Translations under genes and position numbers: made by a program
Assembly (NCBI RefSeq): GCF_032444005.1
Contig: NC_091288.1
Location: forward strand, 206,522,001 to 206,586,000
Length of the DNA: 64,000 bases
Source of the DNA: Ranitomeya imitator
Lineage: Eukaryota
Reading direction: 5' to 3'
Shown here: one piece after another, positions 1 to 10,830 of the stretch
How the letters are laid out: every line of letters starts with the position of its first letter
Numbering within the stretch: position 1 is the stretch's first letter
The notes under the pieces: generated by a model
Told to the model about the DNA's origin: nothing
Database searches by the model: none
Seen by the model: only the letters and a program-made list of their open reading frames with translations

Positions 1-2450
1 GATGTGCAGGTCACTACTGGAGCTGTGTGGAATAGCAGAGGTGGATGTGCAGGTCACCACTGGAGCAGTGTGGAATTACAGAGCTGGATGTGCAGGTCAC
101 CACTGGAGCAGTGTGGAATAGCAGAGCTGGATGTGCAGGTCACTACTGGAGCTGTGTGGAATAGCAGAGCTGGATGTGCAGGTCACCACTGGAGCAGTGT
201 GGAATAGCAGAGCTGGATGTGCAGTTCACTACTGGAGCTGTGTGGAATAGCAGAGCTGGATGTGCAGGTCACCACTGGAGCAGTGTGGAATAGCAGAGCT
301 GGATGTGCAGGTCACCACTGGAGCAGTGTGGAACAGCAGAGGTGGATGTGCAGGTCACCACTGGAGCTGTGTGGAATAGTAGAGGTGGATGTGCAGGTCA
401 CCACTGGAGCAGTGTGGAATAGGAGAGCTGGATGTGCAGGTCACTACTGGAGCTGTGTGGAATAGCAGAGGTGGATGTGCAGGTCGCCACTGGAGCAGTG
501 TGGAATAGCAGAGCTGGATGTGCAGGTCACTACTGGAGCTGTGTGGAATAGCAGAGGTGGATGTGCAGGTCACTACTGGAGCAGTGTGGAATAGCAGAGC
601 TGGATGTGCAGGTCGCCACTGGAGCAGTGTGGAATAGCAGAGGTGGATGTGCAGGTCGCCATTGGAGCAGTGTGGAATAGCAGAGCTGGAAGTGCAGGTC
701 ACCACTGGAGCAGTGTGGAATTGCAGAGCTGGATGTGCAGGTCGCCACTGGAGCAGTGTGGAATAGCAGAGGTGGATGTGCAGGTCGCCGCTGGAGCTGT
801 GTGGAATAGCAGAGGTGGATGTGCAAGTCGCCACAGGAGCTGTGTGGAATAGCAGAGCTGGATATGCAGGTCGCCACTGGAGCAGTGTGGAATAGCAGAG
901 CTGGATATGCAGGTCGCCACTGGAGCAGTGTGGAATAGCAGAGCTGGATATGCAGGTTTCCACTGGAGCAGTGTGGAATAGTAGAGCTGGATGTCCAGGT
1001 CGCCACTGGAGCAGTGTGGAATAGCAGATGTGGATGTGCAGGTCACCACAGGAGCAGTATGGAATAGCAGAGCTGGATATGCAGGTTTCCACTGGAGCAG
1101 TGTGGAATAGCAGAGGTGGATGTGCAGGTCGCCACTGGAGCAGTGTGGAATAAAAGAGCTAGATATGCAGGTCGCCACTGGAGCAGTGTGGAATAGCAGA
1201 GGTGGATATGCAGGTTGCCACTGGAGCAGTGTGGAATAGTAGAGCTGGATGTGCAGGTTGCCACTGGAGCAGTGTGGAATAGCAGAGCTGGATGTGCAGG
1301 TCACTACTGGAGCAGTGTGGAATAGCAGAGCTGGATGTGCCGGTCGTCACTGTAGCAGTGTGGAATAGCAGAGGTGGATATGCAGGTTGCCACTGGAGCA
1401 GTGTGGAATAGTAAAGCTGGATGTGCAGGTTGCCACTGGAGCAGTGTGGAATAGCAGAGCTAGATGTGCAGGTCACCACTGGAGCAGTGTGGAATAGCAG
1501 AGCTGGATGTGCAGGTCACTACTGGAGCAGTGTGGAATAGCAGAGCTAGATGTGCAGGTCACCACTGGAGCAGTGTGGAATAGCAGAGCTGGATGTGCAG
1601 GTCACTACTGGAGCAGTGTGGAATAGCAGAGCTGGATGTGCCGGTCGTCACTGTAGCAGTGTGGAATAGCAGAGGTGGATATGCAGGTTGCCACTGGAGC
1701 AGTGTGGAATAGTAGAGCTGGATGTGCAGGTTGCCACTGGAGCAGTGTGGAATAGCAGAGGTGGATGTGCAGGTCAGCATTGGAGCAGTGTGGAACAGCA
1801 GAGTTGGACATGTAGGTCAGCATTGGAGCAGTGTGGAACAGCAGAGTTGGACATGTAGGTCAGCATTGGAGCCGTGCGGAACAGCAGAGTTGGATATGTA
1901 GGTCAGCACTGGAGCAGTGCGGAACAGCAGAGTTGGATATGCAGGTCAGCATTGGAGCAGCGTGGAACAGCAGAGTTGGATATACTGATTAGCAGCGGAG
2001 TGACGTGGAACAGCAGAGCTGGATATGTGGGTAAGTACCTGGACCAGCATGGAACAGCAGATTTGGATATGCAGTCAGTACTGGAGCAGTGTAGAACAAT
2101 AGAGCTGTATATGTAGGTCAGCACTGGAGCAGTGTAGAACAGCAGATTTGGATATGTTGGTCAGCACTTGAATGGCATGGAACAGCAGAGCTGGATATGC
2201 TAGTTAGCACCTGGAATAGCTGAGCTGAATATGCAGGTCGGCACGTGGTGCAGCGTGATACAGCAGAGCTGGATATGCTAGCTAGCACCTGGAATAGCGG
2301 AGCTGGATATGCAGGTCGGCACGTGGTGCAGCGTGATACAGCAGAGCTGGATATGCAGGTGGACGCTTGGAGCGGTGTTGAACAGTGCAGTTGGATATGC
2401 AGGCCGAAACGATGGAATAGCAGAGCAGAGTGTGCAGCGAGGCATCTTGG
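1..2450. repeat. 43-bp minisatellite array, degenerating toward its right end
   Basis: The unit GCAGAGCTGGATGTGCAGGTCACCACTGGAGCAGTGTGGAATA recurs with period 43 (GATGTGC at 1 and 44). Copies diverge after about 1800. It explains the repetitive ORFs at 4-2116. Confidence 0.95.
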
Positions 2451-2925
2451 AACAGCAGCATTGAGTAGGAGGACAATGAGCTAAACAGAAGAATAAGGCG
2501 CAGCGGTGGATCGATTTCTGGCCTGAGGAACACGTCTGTCCGATGTTGGAACACATCATCCTTTTTCATTTCATAAATTCTTGTGGCGACATTGTCCGCC
2601 CGTCATTCCCAGCAGCGTTTATATCACCCCCTTTATTATTCGAATTGTTAATCTGTTTATCTGGGTAAGAGCACAGGCGCCTGGGAGCAGCAGAGTCGAG
2701 TGTACAGTATAGCTGAGATGAGAGTGTCAGGAGACATCTCCACAGAGCCAGTCCTGGGTGCAAAGAGCTCAGGTGTTTAGTGGCCATAATGGGCACTGAA
2801 CCACCCGAATACTCATACAGCAAACCTCTGCCTGAAACTAAAAAGACCTGGGGGAGCAAAATCAGAGGCGCGCGCCGGTCGTCGCAGTAGCCATTTCTAA
2901 TCTCTTTGTGGTGTACTTTCTGCAG

Positions 2926-5900
2926 AAGTCAATAACTCATCGAATGATCTACGTGGCGAGGATAACTCCGGGGCAAGCGCATCGCAGGGATATACCAGGT
3001 AACTGCTGCGCAAGAACCACAAACTTTGAAAACATTTTTTTTCCTTACATAATTGCAGGTATTTTGGGCTGCAGAATTTCGTTCCAATTGGGTTTTATTA
3101 ATATTTTTGCACCGTTTTGCGTTTACAGGCTCTTTCTTTCACTGCAAATTCAACTTTAAAGAATTCTCGAAAGTGTGCAGAAAAAAAGATGAGTTCCAAA
3201 CCCTCTTGTAAATCGTTAAAAAGAGCTCACTGATATAGTCTCAGTTAACTCATTCTGCAGCCTAGGAAACAAAAAGTCTGTAAAAGCCAAACGGTGCAAT
3301 TTTTCTTAAAGGGAATGTGACAGGCGATTACTGTTGAAGCCACCGCGGCCATCATGACAAACCCGTGACTCGAGGGGAGTGGGGAGAAGCCGTCTGAGCG
3401 GCGTGGTCCTAAACTGCCCCTTTAATATTTTTTCTCTGAAACAGCGCAGGATTTCAGCGTAAAACACACCTGACTGAATTGACTAAGCCGGTCGTCAGGT
3501 TCCCTTTAATGAAACCCGATTGCAAAACTTTTTTTTTTATCCCCCGATCCATTAAAATAAAATAAAAAATATGCAGGGGGTCCATATTTAAAGGGGTTTT
3601 CCAGGGCATATTTTTTTATTATTATTTTTTAAAGCAGATCTTTTACCAGATTTCACAATACCAACTGCACATTATTAAATAGATCTTAGACCTAAGGAAG
3701 CTGGTGTACTTACTTTTAAATTCCATGTCTTATTATCACAAGATTTCTCATATTAAAAAATATAACATATGGATTGATGACGATGATGATGATTTCTTCT
3801 TCTCTGCACACACAGATCATTGCGAAAGATTATTTCATCGACTGATAAAATCCAACCTGGGAGAATCCATCTCCGGATTACTGCTGCTCTACCCCGGCTG
3901 TGTCATTCATATGATTGAGGTTAGTGCTATGAAATGGGAATGTGGACTGGGAATTAAAGGGGTGTTCCAGGACCTTCAGATATATTTTCATAAGTAATTA
4001 ATATCAGGAAGGTGGGGTCCTCCCCAAGTGAATGGGGGGGACATTGCAGTACCATTCCTGACCACTACACATTGAACTTTTTTGACAGTTTTTGGTCCTA
4101 AAAAGTTGCAAACTGATAATTATTTTTATAGCGTTCCTGCCAATGGTGAAAAAATAGGTGTAAAGTCCAAGAGGGGTATGACCAAATACTTTATAGACCG
4201 ATTTATTAATCTTTAAACCAGAAAATGTCACAAATTTTGCACCTGCATCTATGCCTTTTAACCCCTTTGTGACGTGACCTTTTCTCTTTTCTGCACTTTT
4301 GTTTTTTCCTCCCTTTCTTCCAAGAGCCGCAACTTTTTTTTTTTTTTCTTGGTACCATTTTGGGGTACCTATGTCCAATACCAAATATGATTACTTTTAT
4401 ATTATTATTATTTTTGAACTAAGAAAAGCAGGATTGACTCAAAACCTCGTTTTTTTATATAATTTTTTTCAAAACATTTTTCCTTTATTTTTTTTTCACT
4501 TATAAATGGATATAGTTAGATAGCGCTTGTAAAAACAAACAACTTTGCAATTTACTACCTGTTAACATTTCCAGCCATTCGTGAGATATTAATATTTTTC
4601 TTTTCATCTTGTTGCCTTGGAGACCAAGTGGTCGGTCTCCTAGGCAACGAGATGTAAACAAAAGAAAAGTGCTAATATCTTAAGAACGGCTGCAAATTTT
4701 AATAAGCAGTAAATTGGAAAAGTGCTTGTTTTTGCAAGCACTATCTGACAATACCAATTTATGACGATGGGAAATAACCCCTTCAATTCTACAGTGTGAT
4801 CTCCTATGAAGCCCTCAGTAACTGTCCTGTGTGTTGTTAATGTCTCCCTGTTCACTGCTTCCGTAGGCTTCTTCCGAAATCCTCTCTGGGATAAATCAAG
4901 ACCTCATCCAGATCCAGGGTCCAAAGTACGACTTTATTATTTATTTTTTTTGAGAACCAATACCGAATTACGTGTTTTCTAGAACATCTGGAATAGTTAT
5001 GTAACACTACGTGCAGGTCTGATCCTCGCAATTTACTGCGTCCGCACATAACCCATCCATATTTTCTAGCTCACTTCTGCAGGACATCAGAATCCTTGTG
5101 ATCTCGCACAACATCCGGAGCAGGCTGCTTCCGCAGTGGTATTTCCACACCGTGACGCTGCCCACGCAGTACTTGGGTGACGTTGGGTCTGGACTGTCGG
5201 AGACCGTGGTGGAAGAATGTCTCACTCTTATGTTGAAGTTAGGAGTGTTCTTGTCTCAGATACTAAGTGTAAGTTCACCCGTAGCGAAAAAAAAACCAAA
5301 ACGCTGATTTTATCCACTCGCAGAGTATTAGCTCATTTTGGTCGTTATTTCGGAGAAATCAGTTTGAAAAAATGTGGACCACACAGGATAAGATCGGACT
5401 ATTCCAATGTGGACCCCCTGGCCGGCTTATCCCCGCCCATCACCATTGAGGTCTCTTCTGAGAAAGCCAGTTATTCAGTTGGCGAGGGCTGGCAAATTTA
5501 CCCGGGGGCTAGTCAGGTCTTTCCAAACTGCTCATATCAGCAATTATTTACTTTTCTACCTCGTCTGTAGCATTTTTTCTCTACTCTCCATAAGACTTTA
5601 GATACTTTCTCCCCTGTCCACTGCACATCTGTATACGCCTATCTTTCCGCTGCAACCTCTAACACTGGGTGAAGGGAGGGAAGAGCAGACAGTCGGGCGC
5701 AGGACCTCTGATCCATTCATATCAGTTTTGCAAAAGCACGCGGTTAGGTAAAGGACTTCACAATCTGCAGCGGCAAAACGGTAGAAAATCGAAGTTTCTT
5801 AACTTTGTACTTAGGAAATGAACTACTTAGGTGAAGGCGTATAGGACAGCGATTATAGGCCGTAATATATTGGATGCTGACATTCTAGACTTATGGTAAA

Positions 5901-6160
5901 GCTTTTCTTATAGCTGAATGCATATATTTGTGCAGCCTGGCAGCAAAGGTCTGGGAGGAAATGTGCACGACTTGGCGCCCGAACTGCTGGTCAGAGAAGA
6001 GAACATCGACTTCCTTATTCGCTCCGAGACGTTTCTCACACCAGAAAAGTTCCTCAAAATGTATAACGAGCCGATCAACAGTTCTGTTGCTTCAGGTAAA
6101 CCCGTACAGAAGGCGTCATGGTGTGTAGGACAGGACGACACATGCTTACCGCATATCTAA
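2926..6160 (+). CDS. TEX47: TEX47 (C7orf62)-like protein, multi-exon, 5' exon(s) not located
   Basis: In-phase GT-AG exons: 2926-2998 (KSITHRMIYVARITPGQAHRRDIP), 3816-3919 (DHCERLFHRLIKSNLGESISGLLLLYPGCVIHMIE), 4867-4925 (ASSEILSGINQDLIQIQGP), 5070-5268 (SLLQDIRILVISHNIRSRLLPQWYFHTVTLPTQYLGDV...), 5936-6160 (PGSKGLGGNVHDLAPELLVREENIDFLIRSETFLTPEKFLKMYNEPI...). These are colinear with human TEX47 motifs as recalled (GEAVTGLLLIYP, VISHNIPMRLFMQW, GTKGPGDNLHQVAPDLL, FINMYNRPI). A possible extra donor lies at 6095/6096. Confidence 0.8.
4560..4785. mobile_element. Partial MITE, same family as the element at about 52345-52787
   Basis: Shares GGTCGGTCTCC..GGCAAC..TGTAAACAAAA..AAAAGTG..AAGAACGGCTGCAAATTTTAATAAGCAGTAAATTG with 52630-52785. 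Confidence 0.6.
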
Positions 6161-7129
6161 CCTGGCAGGTATCAGGAGGTGTGATGTCACGAACCCCTAG
6201 TTATGTTTTATGTGGAACTGATCAGAGCCAGAATACCACTTAAAGGGGCGATGCCATCTTCACAAATTTGATTCCCCATTATGTCCTGAATCGGTAGTAA
6301 TTGGTAAATCAGTGTGTACGCACCGCCAACAATTATCAGAAGAAGGGACTTGCGTGACTTTGGCCAGGAATTGACGCAGGAGACAAATCTCCCTGCATCC
6401 TGGGCATTAAAAAAGGTAGACTACCAAACAACAGGTTTTATTAAGAAAGAAAGATATATACACAGAGAACATAATAAAAATGAGTTGTACAGTAAATGGG
6501 GAGACACATATGGCAGAAGGAACAAAATGACACCACACGGCGCTATTACAGGATACCAGTGTGACACGCTGCGGCATCCAAAGGTCTATCCCCCCCGAAC
6601 ATGTCTCAGGATAACGAGCAATAGATAGGATATAAAGGGGTGGTCTTTGGTTCAGTAATGGTTAAAATTGCAAGCTGCTTGTTAAAACATGAAACTGAAA
6701 TTGACCCTTTATTAAAATCCTCAGATGGCCGTAGATATCGGACGGCAATGTATGGACTGGTCACGGGTCTCCCAACCTGAGCACGACAGCTGTATAGAAA
6801 TATATGAAGTTGTCGCACTCGGGTGGGCAGAGCCGCCGGCCAGTCTCTGCATTGTGGTCCGATTTATACGGACCTCTGACTGCGACCTAAGGAAGAGTCT
6901 GGAGAGATCGCTGGAGGTCGCACGAGCAGTCGGCCTACAGCTCCTCATGTCATGTCCAGCCTTACAGCATCAAGCACCATGGTCCATGGATTGGGATATT
7001 TTAGTCTGGACTCTTCCAGGAGACCAGAATCCTGCTTTGTGGTGTTGTAAGAAATGTATTCTAAAAAAGCAGAACCAGAAGATCTGAACTCGTTCCTTTG
7101 TATCCTCCTTTCCTTACAGCTTTTCTCTG

Positions 7130-8010
7130 GCCCGCTCCTCAGCACCTGTATGTCTAGAAGACATCCTGGGTCCTCCTCCGCTCCTCAGCATCTGTATGTA
7201 TAGAAGACGTCCTGGGTCCTCCTCCGCTCCTAAGCACCTGTATGGATAGAAGACATCCTGGGTCCTCCTCCGCATCTGTATGGATAGAAGACATCCTGGG
7301 TCCTCCTCCGCATCTGTATGTATAGAAGACATCCTGGGTCCTCCTCCACTCCTCAGCAACTGTATGGATAGAAGACATCCTGGGTCCTCCTCCGCATCTG
7401 TATGGATAGAAGACATCCTGGGTCCTCCTCCGCATCTGTATGGATAGAAGACATCCTGGGTCCTCCTCCGCATCTGTATGGATAGAAGACATCCTGGGTC
7501 CTCCTCAGCATCTGTATGTATAGGAGACATCCTGGGTCCTCCTCCGCTCCTAAGCACCTGTATGGATAGAAGACATCCTGGGTCCTCCTCCGCATCTGTA
7601 TGGATAGAAGACATCCTGGGTCCTCCTCCACTCCTCTGCATCTGTATGGATAGAAGACATCCTGGGTCCTCCTCCGCATCTGTGTGGATAGAAGACATCC
7701 TGGGTCCTCCTCCGCATCTGTATGGATAGAAGACATCCTGGGTCCTCCTCCACTCCTCAGCAACTGTATGGATAGAAGACATCCTGGGTCCTCCTCCGCA
7801 TCTGTATGGATAGAAGACATCCTGGGTCCTCCTCCACTCCTCAGCACCTGTATGTATAGAAGACATCCTGGGTCCTCCTCCGCATCTGTATGGATAGAAG
7901 ACATCCTGGGTCCTCCTCCACTCCTCAGCACCTGTATGTATAGAAGACATCCTGGGTCCTCCTCCGCATCTGTATGGATAGAAGACATCCTGGGTCCTCC
8001 TCCGCTCCCT
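7130..8010. repeat. 38/47-bp minisatellite
   Basis: Unit GCATCTGTATGGATAGAAGACATCCTGGGTCCTCCTCC with period 38 (7272 to 7310), interspersed with 47-bp variants carrying an extra ACTCCTCAG/GCTCCTAAG. Confidence 0.95.
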
Positions 8011-8499
8011 TCATTCACTGCTCGCGGTTTTCTTCTATATTTCACAAAATAAACAAAATACAAGAAATAAACTATTGTGGTGACTGTTTATTTTTCAGTA
8101 ACATGAAGACATTACTCCTAATCTCAGGTAGTGCAGGCTGCAGTCCATGGTGGATCCATGCAGCATAAGCTGACATTGGCGCTGACCAGTTTATGTGGTG
8201 GAGCATCTGACCAAACATGCCAGTCTGTAGCTTTCAGAAGGAAAATGGGCAGCGTATCCATCCTGTACGAACAGAGTCTAGTCTCATACAGCAAACTGCA
8301 CGGGCAAATGTATCCAGCTGGATTTGCAGGAAGCGAATCACAAAAAAATTTGGTTGCTCAGCACCACCGACGCCCGCTTGTCCCTACCAACATCCTTACA
8401 TCGACTCATCACAGACATGCTCTTGTCCTTACCAACGTCCCCTCATCTCCACGGATGTCTGCTCGCTCCTTTCTACGTCCTCTCATCACCACCGGAATC

Positions 8500-10050
8500 C
8501 TTTCATCCCTACTGACAACCCCAACATCTGCTCACCGCCACTGATGTGCCCTTGCCCTTACTAACGTCCTCTCGTTCGCCCCGATCGACGTCCGTTTGTC
8601 CATATCAACATCCACTCATCTCTACCGACGTCCCCACGAACATCCCTGTGTCCCCACCGGCGCCTGAAAGCCTGTCTTCTCATCCGCATCGACGTCCCCT
8701 AATCCCCAACATCAGCTCATCGCCCCCGATGAGCCATTGCCCCTTCCAACGTCCCCTCATTCGCCCCCACAGACTTCCTCTCATCCCCACGGATGTCTGC
8801 TTGTCCCCTCATCCTCAACAACATGCACTTGTCCCCTCATTCGTCCCAACCCGACGTCCGCTCGTCCCCACCGACGTTCCCTGGTCCCCAACATTTGCTC
8901 ATCGCCGACGTGCCCTCCACCCTACCAACATCCTCTTGTTTGCCCCACCGATGTCCCCTCATCCCCCACGGATATCCGATTGGTGGGGAGGAGGGCACGT
9001 CGTGAGGACAATGTCCGCTCGTCCCCTCATTTGACCCCACAGGCGCCACCTCCGACTTCTTCTCTTCCCCATCGACGTCCCCTAATCCCCAAAATCTACT
9101 CATGGCCACCGATGCCCCCTTGCCCCTACCAACGTCCCCTCATTCACCAACACCGACTTTCCCTCATCCCCATGGATGTCCGCTCGTCCCCTCATCCCCA
9201 TCGACGTCCTCTCGTCGATGATGCCCGCTCATCCCAACCAACGTCCTCTCATCCCCACCGACGTCCCCTCTTCCCCACCAACGTCCCCTTGCCCTGTCTT
9301 CCCCAATGGCGTATTCCCGTCCCCACTGACGTCCTCTCATCCCCTCTTCCCCACTGACGTCCTCTCGTCCCCACTGGCGTCCCCTCTTCCCCACTGACAT
9401 CCTCTCGTCCCAACTGACGTCCCCCTTCCCCACTGACTTCCTTTCATCCCCTCTGACGTCCTTTCATCCCCCTCTTCCCCACTGACGTCCCCTCTTCCCC
9501 ACTGATGTCCTTTCATCCCCTCTGTTGTCCCCTCTTCCCCACTGACTTCCTTTCATCCCCTCTGACGTCCTTTCATCCCCCTCTTCCCCACTGACGTCCC
9601 TCTTCCCCACTGACGTCCTTTCATCCCCTCTGTTGTCCCCTCTTCCCCACTGACTTCCTTTCATCCCCTCTGACGTCCTTTCATCCCCCTCTTCCCCACT
9701 GACGTCCCTCTTCCCCACTGACTTCCTTTCATCCCCTCTGACGTCCTTTCATCCCCTCTGTTGTCCCCTCTTCCCCACTGACTTCCTTTCATCCCCTCTG
9801 ACTTCCTTTCATCCCCCTCTTCCCCACTGACGTCCCTCTTCCCCACTGACGTCCTTTCATCCCCTCTGACGTCCTTTCATCCCCCTCTTCCCCACTGACG
9901 TCCCTCTTCCCCACTGACGTCCTTTCATCCCCCTCTTCCCCACTGACGTCCCTCTTCCCCACTGACGTCCTTTCATCCCCCTCTTCCCCACTGACGTCCT
10001 TTCATCCCCCTCTTCCCCACTGACGTCCCCTCTTCCCCACTGACGTCCCC
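8500..10050. repeat. C-rich degenerate-to-perfect tandem array (CCCCACTGACGTCC core) directly upstream of PGP
   Basis: Degenerate copies from about 8500 become near-perfect (CTCTTCCCCACTGACGTCC / TTTCATCCCC units) from about 9310 to 10050. Confidence 0.9.
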
Positions 10051-10079
10051 TTTTCCCACCCACGACCTCTCAGTCAGGT

Positions 10080-10830
10080 GCGATGTCGCCATTCTGATCG
10101 CGGCAGACACAGGGCCGCACGGTGCACATATCGGGCAGACATCGATCCGCCGTCCCCAGTCGGTGACAGGTCTCTTCAGAGCCGCCTCTTCCGGTCCCTC
10201 CCGGCCTCCACCAGGGAGAAGACATGACGGCCTCCAAGTGCTCGCGGCTGAGCGGGGAGCTGTCCCGCCGGGTCCTGGCCTCGGTGGACACGGTGCTCTT
10301 TGACTGTGACGGGGTGCTGTGGCGGGGGGACGAGGCGGTGCCGGGGGCCCCGGAGCTGGTCACCGCCCTGCGGAGCAGCGGGAAGCGGGTCTTCTACCTG
10401 ACGAACAACAGCACCAAGACCCGGGCCATGTACGCCGACAAGCTGGGCCGGCTGGGCTTCGGCGCTGAGCCGGGGGAAGTGTTCGGCACCGCGTACTGCA
10501 CGGCCCGGTACCTGCGGGACGAGGCGCGGCTGCAGGGCAAAGTCTATCTGATCGGTGGCACGGCGCTGAGCCGGGAGCTGGAGGCGGCGGGGATCCCGCA
10601 TGTGGGGAGCGGCCCGGAGCCGGTGACCGGCGGCATGAAGGACTGGGCGGCGCTGGAGAAGGACCCGGATGTGCGGGCGGTGGTGGTCGGCTTCGACGAG
10701 CATTTCAGCTACATGAAACTGACGCGGGCGCTCCGCTATCTGCAGGACCCGGACTGCCTGTTCATCGCCACCAACACCGACTCCCGCCTGCCGCTGGAGG
10801 GAGGACGCGTCATCCCCGGTACTGACCTGA
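10080..10830. promoter_or_regulatory. CpG-rich island over the PGP 5' end and exon 1
   Basis: GC and CpG density are visibly high compared with the AT-rich flanks. It covers the start codon region. Confidence 0.6.

Noticed and set aside
4-2116. Many 60-245 aa ORFs on both strands
   Set aside because: They are translations of the 43-bp satellite. The same applies to the ORFs at 7114-8063, 14576-16045, 21303-22169, 36363-37073, 43610-44135, 53847-54439 and 56033-59044.
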